Below are positions 41,268 through 49,791 of a stretch of 64,000 nt of DNA, piece after piece. Position numbers and translations under genes: made by a program. The notes beneath the pieces are model-generated. The model made no database searches. It was not told the origin of the DNA and saw only the letters and a program-made list of their open reading frames with translations. The stretch's first letter is position 1. Every line of letters begins with the position of its first letter. Source of the DNA: an uncultured Candidatus Saccharibacteria bacterium (GTDB lineage Bacteria > Patescibacteriota > WWE3 > UBA101185 > UBA10185); the NCBI GenBank assembly GCA_964540135.1, contig CAZILK010000001.1, positions 17,843-81,842 on the forward strand, given 5' to 3'.

Positions 41268-43220
41268 ATGGATCGACCTAATGTATGGAAACCCTCATCA
41301 GTAAAGGGTAATAGTAATGTAAAAAAATTTGGTAAGCGGCTTGGTATTGGGGGCGGAATTATTCTTGGAGTATTCGCGCTCTTGTTTCTGGTTGTGTACT
41401 TGGTTCTTTTGCGCCCTGTTCTTGCCCTAAAAGCAGATGCAGACAGGATACAGTCGCACGTTAAAGCAAGCCAAGAGGCTTTAGCTGCAAGGGATCTCGT
41501 TACTTTTGAGAAGAACTTGGATCTCTTGGAGTCTGACTTAACACAGCTTCGAGCAACAAGAGATGAGAAGCTAAAATGGACTGCAAATTTTCCAAAGCTC
41601 AAAACCTACTATACCGATTCTGAATATTTTATAGATGCAGGACTTCACGCCATTAAAGCTGGTAAAGAATTCACAATTGTTGTTGAGCCTTTTGCAGATG
41701 CTCTTGGGTTGAAGATTGCTAATAACAAACCTCTTGAAAGCTCTGAATCAAACCCAAATGCAGCAGCAGAAGAGCAAGGTCTTGCCGAAGCCTTTTCAGC
41801 ATGGGTAGGTGCTATGCCTCTTGTTGCTGAGAAGTCAGATCCGATATTAAATGAATTAAATATGATGGGGGAAGAACTATCCAAAGTTGATGCTAGTAAA
41901 TACCCAGAAGATTTCAGAGGCTTTCCGCTTAGAGAGACAATAATTGGAGCACAAAACACATTAACACAGGTAAACGATTACGCGCCTGACATTAAAAAAG
42001 CTTTAGTTGTAATCCCTGAACTACTTGGTGTTGGTGGAGTTGAGAAAAGATATATGATTATCATGCAAAATGATAAAGAAATGCGCGCAACGGGTGGTTT
42101 TTGGACCTATCTCGCTACTTTTAAAGTAAATAATGCGCTTCTTAACTCAGATTTTACCTCCTACAACTCATACTATGTTGATGATGTCTTAAACACAATT
42201 GATGCATATCACACATTTCCAAAAGTCCCGCCGACATATGAAACACATCTAAAGGTTGAGAGAATGTTTGCAAGAGATGCGAACGTTTCGCCTGACCTAC
42301 CAACTTCAATAGATCAATTTCTAGAATTCTGGAACTTAGCAAAACCACTAGCTCCAGGACAATTCAAAGATATTGACGGCTTTGTCGTTATCAACACTCG
42401 AGTTTTAGAAGAACTCCTTGAGATAACAGGTCCTGCCACAGTTAATGGGTTTACTTATACAAAAGACAATGTTGTTCTTGAACTTGAAAAGCTTGCAAGC
42501 CTTGCACTTGCCGAGCAGGTTAATAGAAAGAAAGTTCTTGGAGACCTGATGGAAAGAATGCTTGTTAATGTCTTTGAATCTGATAAGAACTTGTGGCCAA
42601 AACTTGTTGATAAAGGGTTTAATCTTATGGCCAGAAAGCATGTTGCTGCTTATGTTGTTGATCCAGAAGCACAGGCGCTTCTTGAAAAACATAATTTTGC
42701 AGGCAGAATTGTAGATCCGGTAGAAGGGGATTATGTTTTTGTAAATGACACAAACCTTGGTGGAGATAAAACTAACTGGTTTACGACAAAAGAAGTTAAC
42801 CACAAACTTGAGCAGGTTAACGGTAAGTGGAAAAGAACAGTTACTGTAAACTTTACCTATAAACAACCATCAGCAGAATTTGCACCATTTGTAAAAAGAT
42901 ATAGATCTTGGATAAGAATCTATACCCCACTTGGTTCTGAACTTATAAAAATGACAGGGTCTGATGATGCTGCAGGTACTGGAGAAGAGCGCAATAAAAC
43001 CTACTTCCATGGTTTTGTAACTCTTGGGCCAGATGAAACCAAAACACTTACACTTGAGTATTATGTTCCGGATAGCGTTGTTAAAGACGGTGTCTATAAG
43101 TTGTATATTCAAAAACAACTCTCAATTGATACTGAAAAACACAGTGTTACGGTTGATGGGGAAACCAAAGAGCTACTACTTGATAAACTTGACAAAAAGT
43201 ACTCAAAAAAGCTTAAGTAA
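41268..43220 (+). CDS. DUF4012-family membrane-anchored protein
   Basis: N-terminal TM and coiled region; QNDKEMRATGGF, RDANVSPD, NLGGDK and YIQKQ motifs. Start refined to ATG 41268, with AAAGGAG upstream. Confidence 0.8.
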   Translation: MDRPNVWKPSSVKGNSNVKKFGKRLGIGGGIILGVFALLFLVVYLVLLRPVLALKADADRIQSHVKASQEALAARDLVTFEKNLDLLESDLTQLRATRDEKLKWTANFPKLKTYYTDSEYFIDAGLHAIKAGKEFTIVVEPFADALGLKIANNKPLESSESNPNAAAEEQGLAEAFSAWVGAMPLVAEKSDPILNELNMMGEELSKVDASKYPEDFRGFPLRETIIGAQNTLTQVNDYAPDIKKALVVIPELLGVGGVEKRYMIIMQNDKEMRATGGFWTYLATFKVNNALLNSDFTSYNSYYVDDVLNTIDAYHTFPKVPPTYETHLKVERMFARDANVSPDLPTSIDQFLEFWNLAKPLAPGQFKDIDGFVVINTRVLEELLEITGPATVNGFTYTKDNVVLELEKLASLALAEQVNRKKVLGDLMERMLVNVFESDKNLWPKLVDKGFNLMARKHVAAYVVDPEAQALLEKHNFAGRIVDPVEGDYVFVNDTNLGGDKTNWFTTKEVNHKLEQVNGKWKRTVTVNFTYKQPSAEFAPFVKRYRSWIRIYTPLGSELIKMTGSDDAAGTGEERNKTYFHGFVTLGPDETKTLTLEYYVPDSVVKDGVYKLYIQKQLSIDTEKHSVTVDGETKELLLDKLDKKYSKKLK

Positions 43221-43223
43221 GGC

Positions 43224-43997
43224 GTGAAGAACTATAACCTAGAGGCCATTGTCTTAAAGAGCACTAATTATAAAGACTCAGATAAGCTGTATACAGTTTT
43301 ATCTAAAGACCAAGGTGTTGTTACACTTTATGCAAGAGGGGTCAGGAAGATAAGTTCCAAGCGTGCAGGGAATCTTGATACGCTTAACCATATAAACGCT
43401 AAGGTTTCTCAGCAAGATAGTGGCTGGAAAAATGTTTCCGAAGTTAGTGTTTTAAACTCTTTCAAGCCAATTAAAAGTTCTCTTCTTGTTCAGTCTCATG
43501 CGTTCTATCTTCTTGAGCTTGCTTACAGACTCATTAAAGACGACGAATCATCAACAGACCTATTTGACGCTCTCTTAACCTCGCTTAAAAGACTTGCTAG
43601 TACTAAAGATGGTGTTAAAGCCGGTCTATCTTCATATCTTGTTATAAACACTTTTGAAGTATATCTAATGCGAACACTTGGGTATGAGATGTCTTTAGAT
43701 AGATGTGTTAATTGTGGGAAAGAGTTTAGTGAGTCGTGGGAACATTTCAAATTTAGTGTAAACCAAGGTGGCTTTGTATGTCCAACCTGTTTTACAGCCC
43801 TTTCAGGAACAATAATCACTTTCCCAACTGCTGAAGTCCTTTATAGTATCGGATCAAATTTCACATATAAACCAAAAAAGATCACGAAGGAGAATATCTA
43901 TGCCTCAGACGATCTACTTAAGCTTTACATCAAGACAGTTCTTGAAGATAGCTTCGCCTCAGCAAGAGTATTTAAGAAAATCAGAGAAGTCCTGTAA
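43224..43997 (+). CDS. recO: DNA repair protein RecO
   Basis: EAIVLK..YKDSDK, ARGVRK..SKRAG and the CxxC...CxxC zinc finger (CVNC, CPTC). Confidence 0.92.
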   Translation: MKNYNLEAIVLKSTNYKDSDKLYTVLSKDQGVVTLYARGVRKISSKRAGNLDTLNHINAKVSQQDSGWKNVSEVSVLNSFKPIKSSLLVQSHAFYLLELAYRLIKDDESSTDLFDALLTSLKRLASTKDGVKAGLSSYLVINTFEVYLMRTLGYEMSLDRCVNCGKEFSESWEHFKFSVNQGGFVCPTCFTALSGTIITFPTAEVLYSIGSNFTYKPKKITKENIYASDDLLKLYIKTVLEDSFASARVFKKIREVL

Positions 43998-44040
43998 ATC
44001 CGCTTGACCTTACTATAGGATATGTATTATACTACTCAGC

Positions 44041-44217
44041 ATGACTAAAACTATTGTTTATACCTCACACGACAAAGAGGCTTATTATGTGCTTGAGAGT
44101 AAGAAACCAGTGGGGCCAGTAGAACCTGTTGTGGTTGAAGTTAATAAGGATGTTCCAAGTGCCCCGATTGTAAGATTGACCTTGGCTGACCCTAAACCTA
44201 CTGAACCGAAAAAATAG
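44041..44217 (+). CDS. Small Pro/Val-rich hypothetical protein (58 aa), absent from the ORF track
   Basis: MTKTIVYTSHDKEAYYVLESKKPVGPVEPVVVEVNKDVPSAPIVRLTLADPKPTEPKK*; preceded by TTGACC(44004)-N18-TATACT(44028)-N7-ATG. Confidence 0.6.
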   Translation: MTKTIVYTSHDKEAYYVLESKKPVGPVEPVVVEVNKDVPSAPIVRLTLADPKPTEPKK

Positions 44218-44262
44218 CTTTGTTTGTCTAGAGGGTATATCCTCCTTATACTTAACTCTTAC

Positions 44263-45480
44263 CTATACATACCTTAAAAAGCTACTAATCTTGCCCTTTG
44301 TTTTATCTGATGTTAGTGTATCTGCAGTTATAATTGTGAGTTCTCCAAATTGATTGTTTATTAAGTCTTTTGTTTTTACTATCCTTTCGCTTTTCTTGTG
44401 ATCAGAAAACAAATTTAAAGTTAGGCCTTTCTCATCTACTAGGTTTGAGATACTAACCCCAACAAGCCTTGTTTCTCTTCCCCAGTGCATTTGAGAGAGG
44501 AGTTCACAAGCAACCTTGTAGATCTCTCTCTCACTGTTTACGGGGTAAAGTACAGTTCCACGGTTGCCGTACCACCTTCTATCACTGTCCCTTAGACTTA
44601 TATGAATTGTTTTTCCTACCATGTTATATTTTCTAAGTCTTCTTGCTGCCATTTCGCATAATCTGTGGAGGTTTTGTTTAATAACAGTTATATCTTTTGT
44701 ATTGCGGGATAATGTGTGTTGATGCCCAATTGATTTGGGTTTTTCTCCTCTATAATTTAACGGGTTAACAGGTAAGTCTCCTCTCCCAAAGCTTAAGTCT
44801 TTTAAGAACTTTGCTTCAACTATTCCAAACTCACTATATAGTGTTTCAAGAGGTGCTTGTCTTAGTTCATACACATTGGTAATACCAAGAAGAGCAAGTC
44901 TTGCTTCAATCCTATGTCCGATACCACAAAAGTCTCTGAGATCACGAGTTAAGAGAACTTCGTCAAGATTACTTGGGTTAATTACAAAAATACCATTTGG
45001 TTTATTAATATCTGATGCAAGCTTAGCAAGGAGCTTATTAAAGCTGATTCCTATTGAACACGTAATATAGTCTCCAAATTCTTGTTTTATATCTTGTTTA
45101 ATCTTCAAAGCCATCTCAGTTGAGCTCTGGAAGAAGTCCATCGTGCTACTCACATCTAAAAAAGCCTCATCAATGCTAAAAGGTTCAATACTATTTGTGT
45201 ATCTGCTAAAGATGCTTAAGCTCTTTTTCTGAATATATGAGTACTTGGAGCCATCTCCTTTAACAGGGATAATCTGAGGACACAGCTTCCTTGCCTCAAA
45301 TAACGGCATGCCTGTTTTAACCCCAAATTTCTTCGCTTCTCTTGATGCAGCGCACACGACCCCACGGCTTAATGAGCTACCAGTAACTCCAATTGGTTTA
45401 CCTCGTAAAAAAGGATTCGCCTGCTGTTCAACAGAGGCAAAAAAGCTGTCATAGTCGATGTGAAAGATAGTTTTCTCCAT
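44263..45480 (-). CDS. dinB: Y-family DNA polymerase (DinB/Pol IV-like) with a C-terminal extension
   Basis: FHIDYDSFFASVE, SREAKKFGV, SIDEAF and KLASDINKPNG motifs; clamp-like TLNLF; terminal DLINNQFG. Confidence 0.92.
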   Translation of the reverse strand: MEKTIFHIDYDSFFASVEQQANPFLRGKPIGVTGSSLSRGVVCAASREAKKFGVKTGMPLFEARKLCPQIIPVKGDGSKYSYIQKKSLSIFSRYTNSIEPFSIDEAFLDVSSTMDFFQSSTEMALKIKQDIKQEFGDYITCSIGISFNKLLAKLASDINKPNGIFVINPSNLDEVLLTRDLRDFCGIGHRIEARLALLGITNVYELRQAPLETLYSEFGIVEAKFLKDLSFGRGDLPVNPLNYRGEKPKSIGHQHTLSRNTKDITVIKQNLHRLCEMAARRLRKYNMVGKTIHISLRDSDRRWYGNRGTVLYPVNSEREIYKVACELLSQMHWGRETRLVGVSISNLVDEKGLTLNLFSDHKKSERIVKTKDLINNQFGELTIITADTLTSDKTKGKISSFLRYV

Positions 45481-45482
45481 AC

Positions 45483-45755
45483 TTAATTGAGATTTGTGTC
45501 TTTGGTAAATCCTTCAAAGAATATTTCATGGAGTGTCCAGGTAAGTTCGTGTGTATTAAAGCTAATATTAAAGGCTTCTTTTTTGGTAGAAACTGAAAAA
45601 TGAATAATAGGGGATTTCCCTTCATGAGAAATGTGTGCGAAGTTAACAGTATCTATTTTAAATCTTTTCCCATTCCATATTAAAGCAAGAGGAATAGGCT
45701 TTTGAGTTGTAAAATGGACAAGTACTTCTACCTTTTCATCTAGCTTCTCATACAT
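45483..45755 (-). CDS. Small beta-rich protein co-transcribed with dinB (ImuB-C/DUF6504-like putative accessory subunit)
   Basis: Ends 2 nt before dinB; 'P..LIWNGKRFKI..V' and terminal 'F......WTL' pattern. Confidence 0.7.
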   Translation of the reverse strand: MYEKLDEKVEVLVHFTTQKPIPLALIWNGKRFKIDTVNFAHISHEGKSPIIHFSVSTKKEAFNISFNTHELTWTLHEIFFEGFTKDTNLN

Positions 45756-45761
45756 GTCTAA

Positions 45762-45790
45762 TATATACCCGAATATAATACGAATATCAA
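45762..45790 (-). promoter_or_regulatory. dinB-operon promoter with an internal putative LexA box
   Basis: Minus strand reads TTGATA-[TTCGTattataTTCGG]g-TATATA-N6-ATG. The direct repeat lies at 45769-45784. Confidence 0.75.
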
Positions 45791-45831
45791 GAAGGATTTG
45801 ATTTTTAAATTGTTTATACTATGATGCACAC

Positions 45832-46074
45832 ATGGAATCTTTTGACGTAGTGCATGTAGAGCCTGGCGGACACAAAGAGACACATTTAAATGTAATAGCG
45901 CTTCGAGTTGGTACCCCTGACGATGGTCTTGCCGCAAGTTCTGTGGGCGGCTGATGGGTACAAGTGCAAATAACAGATGAATATGGAACAGAGCGGAGTG
46001 TCTTAGTTGAGCGTGGAGGAAGTATGGTAACAGGTTTGGCCAAAGGAGATACCATAGCTATATTAAATGGTTAA
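45832..46074 (+). pseudogene. 80-codon small gene with an in-frame TGA at codon 41 (pseudogene, sequence error or readthrough)
   Basis: TTGATT-N16-TATGAT-N6-ATG, then MESFDVVHVEPGG...SSVGG*WVQVQITDEYG...AILNG*. TGA at 45952-45954, TAA at 46072-46074. Confidence 0.55.
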
Positions 46075-46108
46075 TTTGGAGTTAAGCAAAGTTTAACGAT
46101 ATAAACTT

Positions 46109-46417
46109 ATGAACGAGCAAACTACAGATCAACTTACCTTAACATTACTTGGTCCTAGTATAGAAACCCAAGTTTCAAGCGGTGAGCCTACGGTAGAATA
46201 TAGTGTAGGCAGTGTAGAGACCAAAATTAGGGTTCTTGCTGCGACTGAAGAAGGCGGTCCTGGAGGTAAATATAGAATTGTATCCAAATGGAGAGGCGAA
46301 ATCAAAAGAGTTGATGGTGTTATTAAACTGCCATTTGGTGGCGAAAGAACAGCTACAAAAGAAATTAAGCTTCATGGTAATAACTACGAAATAACACTCA
46401 AAGGCTCTGAAGATTAG
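46109..46417 (+). CDS. Small hypothetical protein
   Basis: 102-aa ORF with ATG start that fills the intergenic space; Gly/Thr/Glu/Val-rich. Confidence 0.65.
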   Translation: MNEQTTDQLTLTLLGPSIETQVSSGEPTVEYSVGSVETKIRVLAATEEGGPGGKYRIVSKWRGEIKRVDGVIKLPFGGERTATKEIKLHGNNYEITLKGSED

Positions 46418-46541
46418 CTAGTAATTACCAGTCAGATATTTTAAAAGTAATCTAATAAAACACATCGAATTTACCCATTACTTGACAGGATTGAGCAGCG
46501 TAGCATACTAGGTATAAAGGAATTAGTAGTAAGATTTTTCT

Positions 46542-46778
46542 ATGGCAGATTTGATTATACCTACAACAATAGTTAGAACACCAGGAGGTACAATTGTAAA
46601 GATTGAGCCAGATGATGGAACTGTGTACTTTGAAGATATTGCTGTTGCGACTGGTGAAGATAGCGCCTATGTTCGCACCGGTCCACACGAGGGTTTGTTA
46701 GTGGGGCATGATGAAAGTAATACAGTAAAAGGTTACGAGGTTGATTTTGATAACGAGGTGTATCTATCTAATAATTAG
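46542..46778 (+). CDS. Small acidic hypothetical protein
   Basis: 78-aa ORF with TAAGAT-N6-ATG; there is also TTGACA at 46482. Confidence 0.65.
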   Translation: MADLIIPTTIVRTPGGTIVKIEPDDGTVYFEDIAVATGEDSAYVRTGPHEGLLVGHDESNTVKGYEVDFDNEVYLSNN

Positions 46779-46812
46779 CAAGATGCCTTTCTCTTTGTTT
46801 TTACCCAATGTG

Positions 46813-46840
46813 TTGACAAATAATCCCTCTTTACTACAAT
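46813..46840 (+). promoter_or_regulatory. sigma70-type promoter of glyQS
   Basis: TTGACA-N16-TACAAT, 9 nt before ATG 46850. Confidence 0.7.
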
Positions 46841-46849
46841 GAAAAAGCT

Positions 46850-48223
46850 ATGTCAGAGACTTTAAAAAATACTGCTAATACTGGCCCTACAATCCAGGAT
46901 ATAACTTCTTTATGTAAAAGAAGGGGTTTTGTATACCCATCCTCTGATATATACGGTGGCTGGGAAGCAACTTATGATTTTGGTCCACTTGGTGCTGAGA
47001 TGCTTCGAAATCTCCGTAATTTGTGGTGGAAAGAGTTTGTTCACAAACAGCCTGATATTGTAGGTCTTGATGGCGCTATAATCTCCCACCCAAGGGTTTG
47101 GGAAGCAAGCGGGCATGTTGAGTCCTTTGCAGATGCTATGGTTGAGGACCTTGTAACTCACAAGAGATACAGAGCTGATCATATAATTGATGAAGCTTTA
47201 GGTCTTGCTACTGATGGTTCTACACTGGAGGAGTTTAATAAGCTTATTGAAGATAATAAACTATTAAGTCCTGACGGGAATAAATTCTCAAAAGCCAAAA
47301 AATTTAACAGCCTTGTTGAAGTTGAAATCGGAACACTTGAGAATGAAAAAACAACAGCCTATCTTAGAGGAGAAACCTGTCAGCCTATTTTTTACAACTA
47401 CGGTCTTGTTAAAGAGTCCATGAGAAAAAAGATACCTTTTGGTATAGCTCAGATTGGAAAAGCTTTTAGAAACGAGATTAAAGTAGGTCCTTTTTTCCAC
47501 AGAACTAGAGAGTTTGAGCAAATGGAACTTGAGATGTATGTAAATCCTAAAGATGCAACTAAATATTTTGATAAGTTTAAAGTTTGGACTGTTGATTGGT
47601 TAAAATCTCTTGGACTTCCAGAGGATAAGTTACGACTTCGTGATCAAGAGTTTAAAGAAAGAGCACACTACAATAAAGTGGCAACTGATGTTGAGTACAA
47701 CTACCCGTTTGGCTGGAAAGAATTCCAAGGAATTCACTACAGAAGTGATTGGGATTTAATGAGACACGGCCAATTTGCTGGTGTTGACTTTACATATAAT
47801 GATGAGGAAACAGGCGAATCCTATATTCCTCACGTTGTTGAATACTCAATTGGGTTAAATAGACTGATGCTTGTTCTCCTGTTTGACGCTTACACTATGG
47901 ATGGCGATAGAGCTGTTCTTAAACTCCATCCGGACATCGCACCATACAAAGCAGCTGTTTTCCCGCTGGTTAAAAATAAACCGGAGCTTGTTGAGAAGGC
48001 TCGTAAAGTATACACAGATCTTCTTGAGGCAGGAATCCATGTTGATTGGGACGATCGTGGAAATATTGGTAAAAGATATCTCGCACAAGACGAAATAGGA
48101 ACACCTGTTTGTATAACAATTGACTATCAAACTCTTGAGGATAATACTGTTACCGTAAGAGATAGAGATACAACAAAGCAAGAGAGAGTTACAATTCAAG
48201 AACTCAGTAACCTTATTAAGTAA
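46850..48223 (+). CDS. glyQS: Glycine--tRNA ligase, homodimeric (alpha2) type
   Basis: KRRGFVYPSSDIYGG, YDFGPLG, LRGETCQ, QIGKAFRNE, RTREFEQME and anticodon-domain IGKRY..QDEIGTP motifs. Confidence 0.95.
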   Translation: MSETLKNTANTGPTIQDITSLCKRRGFVYPSSDIYGGWEATYDFGPLGAEMLRNLRNLWWKEFVHKQPDIVGLDGAIISHPRVWEASGHVESFADAMVEDLVTHKRYRADHIIDEALGLATDGSTLEEFNKLIEDNKLLSPDGNKFSKAKKFNSLVEVEIGTLENEKTTAYLRGETCQPIFYNYGLVKESMRKKIPFGIAQIGKAFRNEIKVGPFFHRTREFEQMELEMYVNPKDATKYFDKFKVWTVDWLKSLGLPEDKLRLRDQEFKERAHYNKVATDVEYNYPFGWKEFQGIHYRSDWDLMRHGQFAGVDFTYNDEETGESYIPHVVEYSIGLNRLMLVLLFDAYTMDGDRAVLKLHPDIAPYKAAVFPLVKNKPELVEKARKVYTDLLEAGIHVDWDDRGNIGKRYLAQDEIGTPVCITIDYQTLEDNTVTVRDRDTTKQERVTIQELSNLIK

Positions 48224-48243
48224 TTTCTCCTTGTTGGAGTATT

Positions 48244-49647
48244 ATGTCCCTACTAGAAAACGCATTAACTTTTTCAAAAAACTTTCATAAAGATCACCTA
48301 CGTGATACAGGGGAGGGTGTGTTTGACCATTGTTTCAGGGTTATGAAAATCCTTGAAGCGGAGAAAGTTACTGACGAAAACATGCTAGCTACTGCTTTAC
48401 TGCACCATGTTCTTAAATATGACGGTAGTGATACTATGAAACATAAACTCAGCCTTGAGTTTGGTGCCTCTGTTTGTGAGTTACTTGTAGCATTTGATAG
48501 CCTGACTCACAAAAAGGTTAAACGTTATTCTCCTCGTGAGTTTAATCAAGCATATATTGTACAAACTTTCTTAAATTTATCTGAAAACCTTGATGTTCTT
48601 GTTATTCGAATAGCAGATAAAGTAGATAATTTAAACAATAGTTTTGTACTAAATACTGAAGATAGAGAGAGGGTAGCTCTACGCGCATTAAATGTTTATG
48701 CGCCTATTACTCGTTTTTTAGGTCTTTCTGGATTTCTGACTATGTTTGAAGATCAATCATTTAAGATTCTTTATGCTGCAGATTATTTTAGAATTACCAA
48801 ATATTTAAATTCTATCGTAGAGGAAGCGACTGCTCTCCTTGAGGATGCAACTACTTTCTTAATGAACACACTTAAAGATCGTGGAATCGGTGCCAGCATT
48901 GCTTATCGTTTAAAAAGACCGTACTCAATTTATAAGAAAGAGCAGCGGTATAAACTATTAGGTAAGTCTTGTAAATCTGACTATTCTGATTTCCCGGATA
49001 TAGTAGCTATGAGAATACTTGTTAATACAATAGAGGATTGCTATGCCGTAGATACATTAGTGAAGTCGGTATGGCATTCCCTGGACGAGCACTATGAAGA
49101 TTTGATTGCAAAACCCCGACCAAGTGGTTATAGATCGATTCACAGCGTGTTTAAAGTTTCAGATAAGTTTAATCTTGAAATTCAAATAAAGACATTTGAG
49201 ATGCATGATTACAATGAGAATGGTGCAGCAAGTCATATTTTCTATAAAGTAGGCAGCGAATTTAAAGAAAATCTTAAAAAAGATCCTGATTGGCTTAAAA
49301 AGTTAAACTATTGGGATAAAAACAATAGATTTGAGCAACAAGGTCTTGAAGCAGCTAAACCTTTCTCGGATAAAATCTACACGTTTACCCCACTTGGGGA
49401 CATTATTGAACTTGTTCGTGGCGCAACTGTAGTTGACTTTGCTTATGCAGTTCATGAAACAATTGGGCATAATTTCACAGGCGCCCATGTTAATGGAGCG
49501 ATTGCCAAAGCTTCGCATGTTTTAACTGATGGTGATGTTGTTTCTATTAAGACTGTTAAGAAAAATAAAAAACCAAGTCCTGATTGGCTGGACTTTGTTG
49601 TAACTTCAAGAGCAAGAACTCAGATTAAAAAAGAACTAAAAAGTTAA
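48244..49647 (+). CDS. Truncated RelA/SpoT homolog (degenerate HD + synthetase + TGS)
   Basis: RLKRPYSIYKK, DIVAMRI, GYRSIH, EIQIKT and GAASH synthetase motifs; TGS FTPLG...VDFAYAVH. No ACT domain; HD is replaced by HH. Confidence 0.85.
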   Translation: MSLLENALTFSKNFHKDHLRDTGEGVFDHCFRVMKILEAEKVTDENMLATALLHHVLKYDGSDTMKHKLSLEFGASVCELLVAFDSLTHKKVKRYSPREFNQAYIVQTFLNLSENLDVLVIRIADKVDNLNNSFVLNTEDRERVALRALNVYAPITRFLGLSGFLTMFEDQSFKILYAADYFRITKYLNSIVEEATALLEDATTFLMNTLKDRGIGASIAYRLKRPYSIYKKEQRYKLLGKSCKSDYSDFPDIVAMRILVNTIEDCYAVDTLVKSVWHSLDEHYEDLIAKPRPSGYRSIHSVFKVSDKFNLEIQIKTFEMHDYNENGAASHIFYKVGSEFKENLKKDPDWLKKLNYWDKNNRFEQQGLEAAKPFSDKIYTFTPLGDIIELVRGATVVDFAYAVHETIGHNFTGAHVNGAIAKASHVLTDGDVVSIKTVKKNKKPSPDWLDFVVTSRARTQIKKELKS

Positions 49648-49698
49648 CTTTTCTTTATAACAAAAGCTTTTCCTTATTCTCTTCGGGTTATATTTGTA

Positions 49699-49751
49699 TT
49701 GACTGGTGATGCCAAATGGTGTTTAGTGGATACAAATGGTGAAACTTGGTG
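49699..49751 (+). promoter_or_regulatory. mraZ/dcw promoter with MraZ-type direct repeats
   Basis: TTGACT at 49699; TGG-starting units (TGGTG, TGGAT, TGGTG, TGGTG) at 49717, 49727, 49737 and 49747, an exact 10-bp period. Confidence 0.75.
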
Positions 49752-49791
49752 ATAAGCAAATCTTGCATCTGCCCACAACAAATAAAAACAT

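Noticed and set aside
44231-44244. GAGG-gtatat-CCTC hairpin as a terminator between the 58-aa gene and dinB
   Set aside because: The stem is only 4-5 bp with no U-tract, too weak to call.
45952-45954. Genome-wide UGA=Gly recoding (code 25) or selenocysteine
   Set aside because: TGA is the evident stop of several genes here (ending 21408, 29726, 30523, 57296, 61014), and conserved genes have no internal TGA. I saw no redox motif or obvious SECIS hairpin at this site.
45819-46055. 78-aa minus-strand ORF from the track
   Set aside because: It is better explained as the antisense shadow of the plus-strand frame 45832-46074, which has the promoter and a more protein-like composition.
44004-46800. 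Integron cassette array explaining the small orphan genes
   Set aside because: No repeated attC-like elements between the ORFs and no integrase in the window; most of the genes have their own promoters.
49682-49697. Possible third LexA box upstream of the mraZ -35 (TTCGG-gttata-TTTGT)
   Set aside because: The second half-site breaks the TTCG core and the site lies outside the core promoter, so it could be chance.
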